DNA of 38,431 nucleotides from Chiayiivirga sp. (GCA_046590875.1 JBKJTK010000238.1:1-38431), one strand, 5' to 3'. Numbered from the stretch's first letter, positions 23,762 to 33,144 are shown. Numbers and translations are program-made. Notes: generated by a model not told the origin, from the letters alone.

Positions 23762-24481
23762 TCAAGCCGCCGGCAAATCCGCGTTGTGATAAACGTCCTG
23801 CACGTCGTCCAGTTCCTCCAGCCACTCCACCAGCGCGCGCATGCTGTCGGCAGCGTCGCCTGTCACCGCCACGCGGTTGTCCGGGCGCATCACCACGTCG
23901 GCCGAGTCGGGCGTGAAACCGGCGGCGTTCAACGCCTTTTCCACGGCATCGAAGCTGTCCGGTGCGCACAGCACCTCGCTCCAGCCGTCTTCGGATTGCA
24001 CATCGTCGGCACCGGCATCGATGGCTGCGTCCATCAGCTTGTCTTCGCTGGCGGCGTCGGTGGTCTTGATCCAGAACTGGCCGCTGCGGGCGAACTGGAA
24101 CGCGACAGAACCTGACGTGCCGAGATTCCCGCCGTTCTTGCTCAATGCGTGCCGCACTTCGGCCACGGTACGCACCGGATTGTCGGTCAGCGCATCGATG
24201 ATCAGCGCGACGCCACCCGGGCCATAACCTTCGTAGCGCATTTCCTGCATATCGGCGCCACCTTCGGCACCCGAACCGCGCCGGATCGCGCGTTCCATCG
24301 TGTCCTTGGTCATGTTCGCGGCCAGCGCCTTGTCCATCGCGCTACGCAATTTGGCGTTTCCAGCGGGGTCGCCACCGGCGCGCGCGGCCAGGGTGATGTC
24401 GCGGATGAGTTTGGTGAAGACCTTGGCGCGCTTGGCGTCCTCGGCGTTCTTGCGACCTTCGATGCTTGGGCCTCTGCCCAT
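23762..24481 (-). CDS. yebC: YebC/PmpR-family transcriptional regulator (239 aa)
   Basis: [60 protein letters not shown] matches the family over its full length. Confidence 0.9.
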   Translation of the reverse strand: MGRGPSIEGRKNAEDAKRAKVFTKLIRDITLAARAGGDPAGNAKLRSAMDKALAANMTKDTMERAIRRGSGAEGGADMQEMRYEGYGPGGVALIIDALTDNPVRTVAEVRHALSKNGGNLGTSGSVAFQFARSGQFWIKTTDAASEDKLMDAAIDAGADDVQSEDGWSEVLCAPDSFDAVEKALNAAGFTPDSADVVMRPDNRVAVTGDAADSMRALVEWLEELDDVQDVYHNADLPAA

Positions 24482-24665
24482 GGGGAAACCTTTGGGTGAA
24501 TGAACTGGGGATCGGGCGAAGCGGAGGCCTGGTCGCCATCCACTCGGCTAGGGGCGCGTATTGTGCCCGTCTGCGGGCGTCGTTGCGATGCGGCCCTCTC
24601 GTGTCGACGTCCGGCGAAAGCGCAAGTAGGCCGCGTCATGGAACTGAATCTACGCGGGAACTCCA

Positions 24666-24740
24666 GCGGTCGTAACAGATGTAGACGCCGATCTTTGCGT
24701 ACTGGGTCTGAAACACCGGATAGCCGAGATTGCTAGGACG
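24666..24740 (-). pseudogene. 75-nt ghost fragment of a carbon-nitrogen hydrolase gene (catalytic-Cys region)
   Basis: 71 of 75 nt are identical to 28065-28139 in the same orientation. On the minus strand it encodes RPSNLGYPVFQTQYAKIGVYICYDR, against RPGNLGYPVFQTQYAKIGVYICYDR in the intact gene. Three of the four differences are synonymous. Confidence 0.8.
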
Positions 24741-24795
24741 CGGAAAAACAGCAGTCAGAGTCGAATGGCGCCTACTTAAGCGCGACCGCGCCTGT

Positions 24796-24923
24796 CCCGT
24801 CATCCCAGCCCTTCGACAGGCTCATGACCGGCCGGCCTGTGGCCGAGCTGGGATCCATCTTGATCCCGCGATACACGTACCAGCAACGTCAAACTGGATT
24901 CCAGCTTTCGCTGGAATGACGGG
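24796..24923. repeat. MITE-like element with 14-bp terminal inverted repeats (the VIPA...WIPAFAGMT type of proteobacterial repeat)
   Basis: The TIRs are cccgtcatcccagc (24796-24809) and gctggaatgacggg (24910-24923), with 1 mismatch. Internal hairpins are attccagc-tttc-gctggaat and tcccagc...gctggga. Confidence 0.6.
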
Positions 24924-25201
24924 CGGTGGGTCTAATCAGCCCTAAAGTAAGCGCCATTCCGCTCAGAGTCATATTCGAGCGCCGGAGAAATGGTGCTCAA
25001 CCCTTTTGACGCTGCGTTCGCCTTCCCCCCACATCGTCGAGCCGAGCGAGCCCAAGAGAAGGCACGTGCTCCCGCGGGTCGTTCGGAACTCGTTAGTGCG
25101 GCGACTGATGCAGCGCGCGGTTCAGCTTCGGTCGTGACGCGGTGCGACCTTTTTGCACTCCATCGTGGTCTCGGTACGATTCTTCGGCTAGCATCCGCCC
25201 G

Positions 25202-25945
25202 ATGATTTTTCTTCGTACTCTCATTGCCCTGTTCCTGTTCGGGACTGCCGGGGCCGCCGCTGCCGCGTCCGACGCGGGCGCGCTACTCGACACCTTGGTC
25301 GTGCTCGCGCCCGATATTTCGACCGAGGCGCTTGAGCGCGCGCTCGAAGCGCGCGAGTGCGCGCTCGCGAGTGGGGCCGCGCTCGCGGCCTCGCGCCTGG
25401 CGGTGATCGACTACTCGCGGCCCTCGACCGAGCCTCGGCTCTGGATCTTCGAGCTGGGAACGGTGCCGAAGCTGCTGTTCACCGAACATGTGGCGCACGG
25501 GCAGGGCAGCGGGGAGAACTTAGCGCGCAGCTTCTCCAACCGGGAAGGCAGTCACCAGACCAGCCTCGGGTTGTTCCGTACCGCCGAGACCTATCAGGGC
25601 GGCAACGGTTACTCGTTGCGGCTCGATGGTCTTGAGCCCGGCACGAACGACGCCGCGCGCCCGCGCGCCATCGTGATGCACGGCGCGCCCTACGTGAATC
25701 CGGCGCTGGCGCTGAGTCAGGGGCGGCTCGGACGCAGCTACGGTTGCCCAGCGGTACGCCAGGCGGTGGCGCGAGAGATGATCGACAGCCTGCGCGACGG
25801 ACAGCTACTGTTCGCCTATTTCCCGGATGCGCAATGGAAAGCGAACTCGCCATTCCTCGGCTGCCAGGCACGCCCCGCCACACTCATGGCGGTGAATACC
25901 GCGGCGGCAAGCGGCAACGGGCCGTCGAGCGCCGCCGCGCCATAA
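25202..25945 (+). CDS. Murein L,D-transpeptidase catalytic-domain family protein (YkuD_2-like; 247 aa)
   Basis: Signal peptide MIFLRTLIALFLFGTAGAAAAA. Contains SLGLFRTAETYQGGNGYSLRLDGLEPGTNDAARPRAIVMHGAPYV...GRLGRSYGCPAV, with the catalytic Cys. Confidence 0.8.
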   Translation: MIFLRTLIALFLFGTAGAAAAASDAGALLDTLVVLAPDISTEALERALEARECALASGAALAASRLAVIDYSRPSTEPRLWIFELGTVPKLLFTEHVAHGQGSGENLARSFSNREGSHQTSLGLFRTAETYQGGNGYSLRLDGLEPGTNDAARPRAIVMHGAPYVNPALALSQGRLGRSYGCPAVRQAVAREMIDSLRDGQLLFAYFPDAQWKANSPFLGCQARPATLMAVNTAAASGNGPSSAAAP

Positions 25946-25950
25946 GCCGC

Positions 25951-27570
25951 GTGACGCCCGCCGGCGAGCGTGCCCGCATCTCGCGCACCCAAGCCGGCGC
26001 ATTGCTGATCATTCTGTTGATCGGCGCCGGTTGCAGCGAGCAGCGCGACGAGGTCAGCAAACACGAACCTGTCCGAACTGCGGTCGATCCGACGCCGATG
26101 CTCGACCTGACGCCCGCCATCGACGCACTGCCGCTGCACGATCGCGATGCCGTGCGCGCGTTCTACGCCGCTCGCCACCATAAACCCGCTTGGCTGGGGC
26201 CGGAGTGCGAAGTGCGCTTGGCCGCGCTGCGGCGCGAGATCGGCGCGGTGACGGAACACGGACTGACGCCGGCGCACTATCACGCGGGCGGGCTGGCGCA
26301 AGTCGCCTGCGACTCCAACGGCGAGGTGCTGGCGAGCGACGCCTGGATGGCGCTGGCGTCGGACCTGCACCGCGGCCGCGTCGATCGCGTGAAGGTGGAA
26401 CCGCACTGGAACCTGCCGCGCCGCGCGTTCAACGCTCCGGCCGCGCTCCAGTCGGCGGCGCAGACGTCCCAGGTGGCCGCGATCCTGCCCTGGCTTGCAC
26501 CGCAAGATGACTACTACCGCGCACTGCGCGACATGCTCGCGCTGCAGCGTCAGCTCGCGGCGAGCGGCGGTTGGCCCAGCATTTCGCAGGGCTCCAAGCT
26601 ACAGCGTGGCGATCGCGGCGAGCGCGTCGATCAGTTGCGTCGACGTCTCGACGCCGACGCGCTGCTCGATCAGACCGCCGTCGTGCCTGGCCTGCCTTTC
26701 GATGACGTGCTGGAAGAGGCGGTGGAAGCTTTTCAGCGGCGCAGCAATATCGACGCGGATGGCGTGGCCGGCCACGCGACGCTGGCCCTGCTCAACAAGT
26801 CGGTCGAAGAGAGAATCGCGCAGCTACGGGCGAATCTGGAACGTTTGCGCTGGATGCAGTCCATGCCTCGGACGCGACACGTGCGCGTATTCATCGCCGA
26901 CTTCCACCTCGAAACCTGGGACGAATCCGGCCTCGTGCGCGAGCATAAGGTGATCGTCGGCAAACGTTACCGCACCACGCCGAGCTTCGCCGGCAAGATC
27001 GAGCGCGTCGTATTCGCCCCGCGCTGGCACGTGCCGCGCCGTCTCGTAGTGGAGGACAAGCTGCCCCTTTTCCAGAAGGACCCTCAGGCATTCCATCGGC
27101 TCGGTTACGAGCTGTTCAAGCCGAACGGCGAGCCGGTGCAGGACGAAGTCAACTGGCACGCCTACACGGCGGACGACTTTCCGTTCCGTCTGCGCCAGCG
27201 CCCTGGCACGGCGAATGCGCTCGGCAATGTGAAGATCCTGTTTCCCAACGAGAACGCTGTCTACCTGCATGACACACCGCAGCGCGCGCTCTTCGCCAAG
27301 ACACGTCGCGACTTCTCCTCCGGCTGCATCCGGGTAGACGACGCGCTGGGCCTGGCGGGCTGGTTGCTGCAGGACGATGCGCGCTGGAACCGAGCCGCGA
27401 TCGATGCGGCCGTCGCGGCGGGGCAGGAGAGCACTGTGCGGCTCAAGCAAGAGATGCCGATCTTCATCACGTATCTGACCGTGAGTTACGACGAGAGGCG
27501 CTACGTCCGGCTCCTCGAAGATCTATACGAGCGCGACCCCGCAGTTGTGCGGGCGCTGGATGCGGCTTGA
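25951..27570 (+). CDS. YcbB-like L,D-transpeptidase with peptidoglycan-binding domain (about 539 aa; start approximate)
   Basis: GTG at 25951 lies just after the upstream stop. Lipobox-like LLIGAGC. PG_binding_1-like AVEAFQRRSNIDADGVAGHATLALLN. YkuD core VYLHDTPQRALFAKTRRDFSSGCIRVDD. Confidence 0.8.
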   Translation: MTPAGERARISRTQAGALLIILLIGAGCSEQRDEVSKHEPVRTAVDPTPMLDLTPAIDALPLHDRDAVRAFYAARHHKPAWLGPECEVRLAALRREIGAVTEHGLTPAHYHAGGLAQVACDSNGEVLASDAWMALASDLHRGRVDRVKVEPHWNLPRRAFNAPAALQSAAQTSQVAAILPWLAPQDDYYRALRDMLALQRQLAASGGWPSISQGSKLQRGDRGERVDQLRRRLDADALLDQTAVVPGLPFDDVLEEAVEAFQRRSNIDADGVAGHATLALLNKSVEERIAQLRANLERLRWMQSMPRTRHVRVFIADFHLETWDESGLVREHKVIVGKRYRTTPSFAGKIERVVFAPRWHVPRRLVVEDKLPLFQKDPQAFHRLGYELFKPNGEPVQDEVNWHAYTADDFPFRLRQRPGTANALGNVKILFPNENAVYLHDTPQRALFAKTRRDFSSGCIRVDDALGLAGWLLQDDARWNRAAIDAAVAAGQESTVRLKQEMPIFITYLTVSYDERRYVRLLEDLYERDPAVVRALDAA

Positions 27571-27695
27571 TGTTTCCAACGCTCCCGCTTCTTTGCGAAA
27601 TGGGGTATGGAAAAACAGGGGTCACCATTTCGCCGCCTGCGTCGAATGGGCACGAGTAGTGATGGATTAGCGTAGGTACGCCGGCAACTCGCAGG

Positions 27696-28565
27696 CTATG
27701 GCGCGACCAAATCGCCGTACGAATCCGGTCGCCGATCACGATAGAACGGCCAGACGTTGCGCACTTCGCGGATCTGGTCGAGATCGAGTTCGGCGGTGAC
27801 GAGTTCGTCACGGTCGCGCGAGCCGGTGGCGAGGAAGCGGCCGCGGGGATCGCAGAAATAACTCTGCCCGTAGAACTCGCCGATGTTCCAGGGCGCCTCG
27901 GTGCCGACGCGGTTGATCGCACCGATGAAGTAGGCGTTCGCGACCGCGTGCGCGGGTTGTTCGAGTTTCCACAGGTATTCGGATAGCCCGGCGACCGTGG
28001 CAGAAGGATTGAACACGATCTCCGCGCCGTTCAACCCCAGTGCGCGTGCGCCTTCAGGGAAGTGGCGGTCGTAACAAATGTAGACGCCGATTTTTGCGTA
28101 CTGGGTCTGAAACACCGGATAGCCCAGATTGCCAGGACGGAAGTAGAACTTCTCCCAGAACCCCGGCGCGCAATGCGGGATGTGATGCTTGCGGTATTTG
28201 CCGAGATAACTGCCATCGGCATCAACCACAGCCGCGGTGTTGTAGTAGATGCCGACGCCGTCTTCCTCGTACAGCGGCACTACGATCGCCATGCGGTGCT
28301 TGCGCGCGAGTTCTTGCATCAGCGTCACTGTTGGGCCGTCGGGAATGCGCTCCACTGCATCGAACCAGCGCGGGTTCTGCTCGGCGCAGAAGTACGGCCC
28401 CGTGAAGATTTCCTGCATGCACAGGATCTGCACGCCTTCTCGACCGGCTTGTTCAACAAACGCGACGGTTTTTTCGACATTGGCCTGGCGGATGGCGGGA
28501 ATCGGATCGCTGGCGCTGCCGGCGAGCGAAGTCTGGATCAAACCGCATTTCACATTGCGTGGCAT
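27696..28565 (-). CDS. Nitrilase-superfamily carbon-nitrogen hydrolase (beta-ureidopropionase / N-carbamoyl amidase-like; 289 aa)
   Basis: E-K-C triad contexts are ILCMQEIF, GKYRKHHIP and IGVYICYDRHFPE. Confidence 0.9.
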   Translation of the reverse strand: MPRNVKCGLIQTSLAGSASDPIPAIRQANVEKTVAFVEQAGREGVQILCMQEIFTGPYFCAEQNPRWFDAVERIPDGPTVTLMQELARKHRMAIVVPLYEEDGVGIYYNTAAVVDADGSYLGKYRKHHIPHCAPGFWEKFYFRPGNLGYPVFQTQYAKIGVYICYDRHFPEGARALGLNGAEIVFNPSATVAGLSEYLWKLEQPAHAVANAYFIGAINRVGTEAPWNIGEFYGQSYFCDPRGRFLATGSRDRDELVTAELDLDQIREVRNVWPFYRDRRPDSYGDLVAP

Positions 28566-28672
28566 GGCGCGTTCCTAGGCAAAGGAGGCCGACATGGTTG
28601 CGCAGACGCGTGACCGACGCAAAGCCCGCACGATTTTCCGTCTCGGATAGGGCACTCTCTGCACCCGGCCTT

Positions 28673-28693
28673 TGCATGCAGTGACTGCATGCA
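28673..28693. promoter_or_regulatory. Perfect 9-3-9 palindrome tgcatgcag-tga-ctgcatgca, a candidate operator
   Basis: Seen directly. It lies 22 nt upstream of the alpha/beta hydrolase GTG, in the divergent region shared with the C-N hydrolase gene. Confidence 0.3.
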
Positions 28694-28714
28694 CCGAAAA
28701 TCAGGAGCGTTCGC

Positions 28715-29617
28715 GTGGCACAGCTTTCCGCCAATGGCCTGCAACTTGAAGTCGAAACGCTTGGCGATCCCACCCACCCGGCCGTGCTGCTGATCATGGG
28801 GCTGGGCATGCAGCTGCTGGCATGGCCGGATGCGTTCTGTCGCACCCTGGCGGATGCGGGCTACTACGTGATCCGCTTCGACAATCGCGATATCGGCCTG
28901 TCCAGCAAAGTCGACACTGGGGTGCCGGTAAACCTGGCGCTGGCCACCCTGCGATATGTCCTGCGTCTTCCGGTGCGGGCGCCATACCAGATCGACGACA
29001 TGGCGGCGGACGCGGTCGGGGTGCTTGATGCCCTCGGCATCGCGAAGGCGCACGTGGTAGGTGCGTCGTTGGGCGGCATGATTGCGCAGAATGTGGCCGC
29101 GAACTGGCCGGATCGCTGCCTCAGCCTGACCTCGATCATGTCTTCCAGCGGCGACCGGCGCTTGCCGAAAGCCAGCTTGAAGGTCACGCGGTTGTTGCTG
29201 GCCAGACCACCGGGCAAGGCCTCGCTCGAAAAACGGGTGGAGCACTTCGTGCGCCTGTTTCGCGCGCTCGGCGGGCCCGGATTTCCGGCCGCAGACGAGG
29301 TATTGCGCGAACGCCTGACAAGATCCTTGCAGCGCAGCTACTACCCGCCGGGCACCGGGCGACAACTGCTGGCAATCGTGGCTTCGGGCGATCGATCACC
29401 TGTGCTACGCAAGATCGCGCGGCCCACGCTGGTGTTACACGGCGACGCCGATCCGCTGCTCCCAGCCGCGCATGGCGTGGACTGTGCGCGCAAGATTCCT
29501 GGCGCGAGCTTGCAACGGATTCCCGGCATGGGTCATGACCTGCCGCCGGAACTGTTGCCGATCCTCAGTGCTGCAATCCTCTCGCATGTGCGCGGTGCGG
29601 AGCGTGCACGGGTTTGA
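28715..29617 (+). CDS. Alpha/beta-fold hydrolase (300 aa)
   Basis: GTG start follows CAGGAG. Contains HPAVLLIMGLGMQ, the nucleophile elbow VVGASLGGMIAQ, and C-terminal PGMGHDLP. Confidence 0.85.
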   Translation: MAQLSANGLQLEVETLGDPTHPAVLLIMGLGMQLLAWPDAFCRTLADAGYYVIRFDNRDIGLSSKVDTGVPVNLALATLRYVLRLPVRAPYQIDDMAADAVGVLDALGIAKAHVVGASLGGMIAQNVAANWPDRCLSLTSIMSSSGDRRLPKASLKVTRLLLARPPGKASLEKRVEHFVRLFRALGGPGFPAADEVLRERLTRSLQRSYYPPGTGRQLLAIVASGDRSPVLRKIARPTLVLHGDADPLLPAAHGVDCARKIPGASLQRIPGMGHDLPPELLPILSAAILSHVRGAERARV

Positions 29618-29718
29618 TGGCCGCGTCGTTCCAGACGCGGTGCAGGAGCGGCTGTAACCGGATCGCGTCGAGTGCATGAGAGAATTGCCGCCGACCACGT
29701 TCCCTACCAGGACCCCGC

Positions 29719-30228
29719 ATGACCCTCTCGATGTATTCCGCATCCGTTCCCGTCTTCCGCCAGATGCTCGGCGGCTTGTCCGATGTCCTCGCAAAGGCCG
29801 AGGCGCACGCGCAGGAAAAAAAGATCGATCCCGTCGTGCTACTGCAGGCGCGGTTGTTTCCCGACATGTTCCCGTTGACGCGGCAGGTGCAGATCGCCAG
29901 TGATTTCGCCAAGGGCGTGTGCGCGCGCCTGGCGGATGCCGAGATGCCGGCGTTCGAGGACAACGAGCAGACATTTGCCGAATTGCAGGCGCGCATCGCG
30001 AAGGCGCGCGCGTTCATCGACGGCCTCGATGCGGCCGCGTTCGCCGGCAGCGAACAGCGCGACATCGTGCTGCGTCCCGGCACGCCGAAGGAACGCAAGC
30101 TCGACGGCCACACCTATCTGCTCGGCTACGGCTTGCCGCAGTTCTTCTTCCACGTCACCGCTGCCTACGCCCTGCTGCGCCACAACGGCGTGGAGGTCGG
30201 CAAGCGCGACTACATGGGCGCGTACTGA
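29719..30228 (+). CDS. DUF1993 domain-containing protein (169 aa)
   Basis: MTLSMYSASVPVFRQMLGGLSDVLAKAEAHAQEKKIDPVVLLQARLFPDMFPLTRQVQIASDFAKG is typical of the family. Confidence 0.85.
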   Translation: MTLSMYSASVPVFRQMLGGLSDVLAKAEAHAQEKKIDPVVLLQARLFPDMFPLTRQVQIASDFAKGVCARLADAEMPAFEDNEQTFAELQARIAKARAFIDGLDAAAFAGSEQRDIVLRPGTPKERKLDGHTYLLGYGLPQFFFHVTAAYALLRHNGVEVGKRDYMGAY

Positions 30229-30264
30229 TTGGTAGCTACGGCTCGAACGGCGCATCGCGCCGGA

Positions 30265-30280
30265 GCCACACCGGTGTGGC
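30265..30280. terminator. Perfect 16-nt palindrome/hairpin between convergent genes
   Basis: The palindrome is gccacaccggtgtggc. Its half, gccacaccggtg, is repeated at 30291-30302. Confidence 0.35.
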
Positions 30281-30312
30281 GCGCAATGCGGCCACACCGG
30301 TGCGAAGAACGC

Positions 30313-30699
30313 TTAGGCTGCCGCGTCCTTGACCTTCTTCAGCGGGCGCACCTTGACCTTGACCGAAGCGGGCTTGGCCGGGAACCAGCGCTCGGCGCCG
30401 GTGAACGGGTCCTTGCCGAAACGCTTGGCCTTGGCTGCGACTGCAACGGCGGTGATCTTGAGCAGGCCCGGCAGTACGAACTGCTGCGCGCCTTTCTTGC
30501 TCACGGCGCCCAGGACGGTGGACTCGAGCGCGGCGAGCACGGCCTTGACGGCCTTGCCTTCAACACCCGACGCCTCGGAGAGGTGACGCGCCAGGTCGGA
30601 CTTCGACATTACGTCCTTGACGGGCTTTGGAGCAGCCGGGGCCGCCTTGGCGGCTTTCTTCGCGGCAGGTTTTTTTGCGGCTTTCTTAGCAGTGGCCAT
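30313..30699 (-). CDS. HU-family DNA-binding protein with N-terminal lysine/alanine-rich (histone H1-like) tail (128 aa)
   Basis: The tail MATAKKAAKKPAAKKAAKAAPAAPKP is followed by an HU fold: MSKSDLARHLSE...GKAVKAVLAALESTVLGAV...FVLPGLLKI...RFGKDPFTG. Confidence 0.8.
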   Translation of the reverse strand: MATAKKAAKKPAAKKAAKAAPAAPKPVKDVMSKSDLARHLSEASGVEGKAVKAVLAALESTVLGAVSKKGAQQFVLPGLLKITAVAVAAKAKRFGKDPFTGAERWFPAKPASVKVKVRPLKKVKDAAA

Positions 30700-30859
30700 A
30701 GTTCTCTTTCTCGAAAGCAAAAGGTTCGTCCGAACAGGTGAGAGCGGACGGCCTGGACAGGCCGCCAAACTGTAGCGCAGAAAGCGCCAAAAAACAGCGG
30801 TTTTTCACTCAGGATGCAATCGATGGCGCTGCAAACGCAGGACGAGGGACAATAAGGCC

Positions 30860-32389
30860 ATGTCCGAGATCGTTCTGACCACCCTCAATGCGCGCTATGC
30901 CCACGCCTCGCTCGGGTTGCGTTACCTGCGAGCTAACCTCGGCGGGTTGCGCGAACGCTCGGTCATCCGCGAGTTCGTGATCGGGCAGAAGACCGAAGAG
31001 ATCGTCGAGAAATTGCTGGCCGAACAGCCGCGCATCGTAGGGCTCGGGGTCTACATCTGGAATGTCGAGGAGTCCACGCGCCTGGTGGCGCAGCTCAAGA
31101 TGCTGATGCCTGAGCTGATCGTGGTGCTGGGCGGGCCGGAGGTCAGCTACGAAACCGACCAGCAGCGCATCTGCGCGCTCGCTGACTACATTGTCACCGG
31201 CTGGGGTGACGTGAGCTTCGCCAAACTCGTTGAGGCATTGTTGCGCGGCGAACGCCCCGCCGAGCGCGTGATCGTCGGCGTGCAGCCGCCGTTGCCGGCG
31301 CTCACCTTGCCCTACGCCGAGTACACCGACGAGGACGTGCGCCAGCGGCATCTCTATGTCGAGGCCTCGCGCGGCTGTCCGTTCAAATGCGAGTTCTGTC
31401 TCTCGGCGCTGGACAAGACCGCGTGGCCGTTCCCGCTCGACCCTTTCCTCGCCGAGCTGGAAACGCTGTGGGGGCGCGGCGCACGCCAGTTCAAGTTTGT
31501 GGATCGCACCTTCAATCTCAAAATCGATGCGTCGCTCGCGATCCTGGATTTTTTCCTCACCAAGCTCGAAACCTGCCCCGACGATCCGCCCTTCATCCAC
31601 TTCGAGCTGGTGCCGGATCATCTCCCCGAACGCCTCAAGGCGGAAATCGTGCGTTTTCCGGCTGGTACGCTGCAATTCGAGATCGGCATCCAGACCTTCG
31701 ATCCCGAGGTCCAGGCGCGCGTCTCGCGACGTCAGAAGAACGACGTCGCCGCCGACAATTTGCGCTGGTTGCGTGCCCACACTCAGGCGCATTTGCACGT
31801 GGACCTGATCGCGGGCCTGCCGGGCGAAGATGTCGCCACTTTCGCGAGTGGTTTCGACCGCCTGGTGAAACTGGCTCCGCACGAAATCCAGTTCGGCATC
31901 CTCAAGCGCCTGCGCGGCGCGCCGATCGCGCGTCACACCCAAGCGCACGCGCTGCGCTTCAATCCCGATCCGCCCTACAACATCCTCGCCACGGATGTGA
32001 TCGACTTCGCCACCATGCAGCGCCTCACGCGCTTCTCGCGTTACTGGGACATCATCGCGAATTCCGGCCGCTATACCCGCAGCCTGCCGCGGCTCCTGGG
32101 CGAAACGCCGTTCGCGCGCTTTATCGCATTCTCCGACTGGTTGTACGCGCAAACCGGCCAGACCCATGCGCTGGCACACGAGCGCCTGGTGCATCTGCTG
32201 CACGAGTATTTTTGCGGTGAGCTTAACGAGGACGCCGGCGCGGATCTGGCGGCCGACTACCACGCCGCCGGCGGTCGCACTCGCTTGCGTTTCGAAGCCG
32301 CGGATGCGCCCGTGCCGCTGCCACGTACACCGCGCGGTGATGGCGTGACGCCGAAGCGTCAGGCTCGACATCTCGCAGGGCGGGCCTGA
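30860..32389 (+). CDS. B12-binding radical SAM protein with DUF4080 C-terminal domain (509 aa)
   Basis: N-terminus MSEIVLTTLNARYAHASLGLRYLRANL...GLGVYIWNVEE. Radical SAM cluster motif ASRGCPFKCEFCLS. Confidence 0.85.
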   Translation: MSEIVLTTLNARYAHASLGLRYLRANLGGLRERSVIREFVIGQKTEEIVEKLLAEQPRIVGLGVYIWNVEESTRLVAQLKMLMPELIVVLGGPEVSYETDQQRICALADYIVTGWGDVSFAKLVEALLRGERPAERVIVGVQPPLPALTLPYAEYTDEDVRQRHLYVEASRGCPFKCEFCLSALDKTAWPFPLDPFLAELETLWGRGARQFKFVDRTFNLKIDASLAILDFFLTKLETCPDDPPFIHFELVPDHLPERLKAEIVRFPAGTLQFEIGIQTFDPEVQARVSRRQKNDVAADNLRWLRAHTQAHLHVDLIAGLPGEDVATFASGFDRLVKLAPHEIQFGILKRLRGAPIARHTQAHALRFNPDPPYNILATDVIDFATMQRLTRFSRYWDIIANSGRYTRSLPRLLGETPFARFIAFSDWLYAQTGQTHALAHERLVHLLHEYFCGELNEDAGADLAADYHAAGGRTRLRFEAADAPVPLPRTPRGDGVTPKRQARHLAGRA

Positions 32390-32400
32390 GGCGGCGTCAC

Positions 32401-33144
32401 GTGATTCTCAACCTCGCCGCCTACCACTTCACTCCGGTCGACGACCCGCAGGCCCTTGTCGCAGCCGTGCGCGCGCAGGCCGAGCTGGGTGACTTGCGTG
32501 GCACGGTGCTGGTGGCGGGTGAGGGCATCAATCTGTTTCTCGCTGGAGCCGACAGCGGGCTGCGCGTCTTTCTCGAGTGGCTGCGCGCGGATGCGCGCTT
32601 CGCATCGATGCCGGTCAAGCTCAGCCACAGCGCAACCCAACCGTTCGCGCGGCTCAAGGTCAAGCTCAAGCGCGAGATCATCGCGTTCCGGCGCGACGAG
32701 GCCTCGCCGGTGTCGGGACGTGCGCCTCACATCACACCGAAAGATCTCGCGCGCTGGCTGGATCAGGGCCACGACGATGCCGGACAACCCGTGCGACTGC
32801 TCGACACCCGCAATCGCGAAGAAGTCGGCTACGGGACTTTCCAGGGTGCCTTGACCCTGTCGATCGACAACTTCACCGACTTCCCCGAGGCACTGGCGCC
32901 GCATCGAGAGGCACTACACGGCGTCACCATCGTCCCGTTCTGCACCGGTGGCATCCGCTGCGAGAAGGCCGCGCTGTGGATGCAGTCTGCTGGCTTCGAA
33001 CAGGTGCGTCAGCTTGAAGGCGGCATCCTGGGTTACTTCGAACACGTGGGTGGCCGTCACTACGACGGGCGCTGCTTCGTGTTCGACCAGCGCGTGGCGC
33101 TCGACCCGCAGTTGCAGCCGCTGGTCAACGCCGCGGAGTCGTAG
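32401..33144 (+). CDS. trhO: Rhodanese-related UPF0176/TrhO-family protein (tRNA U34 hydroxylase family; 247 aa)
   Basis: GTG start. Contains ILNLAAYHF...GTVLVAGEGINLFLAG and the rhodanese loop FCTGGIRCEKAALWM. Confidence 0.8.
   Translation: MILNLAAYHFTPVDDPQALVAAVRAQAELGDLRGTVLVAGEGINLFLAGADSGLRVFLEWLRADARFASMPVKLSHSATQPFARLKVKLKREIIAFRRDEASPVSGRAPHITPKDLARWLDQGHDDAGQPVRLLDTRNREEVGYGTFQGALTLSIDNFTDFPEALAPHREALHGVTIVPFCTGGIRCEKAALWMQSAGFEQVRQLEGGILGYFEHVGGRHYDGRCFVFDQRVALDPQLQPLVNAAES

Noticed and set aside
30809-32371. 520-aa ORF antisense to the radical SAM gene. Similar long antisense or overlapping ORFs occur at 36610-38016, 10108-11508, 15819-16763, 33695-34852, 14012-14899, 10533-11798 and 22010-22738.
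   Set aside because: This is a typical high-GC artefact. The products are R/A/G/P-rich, the ORFs mirror strongly supported genes (36610-38016 even spans two), they lack RBS and recognisable motifs, and their codon third positions are not GC-enriched.
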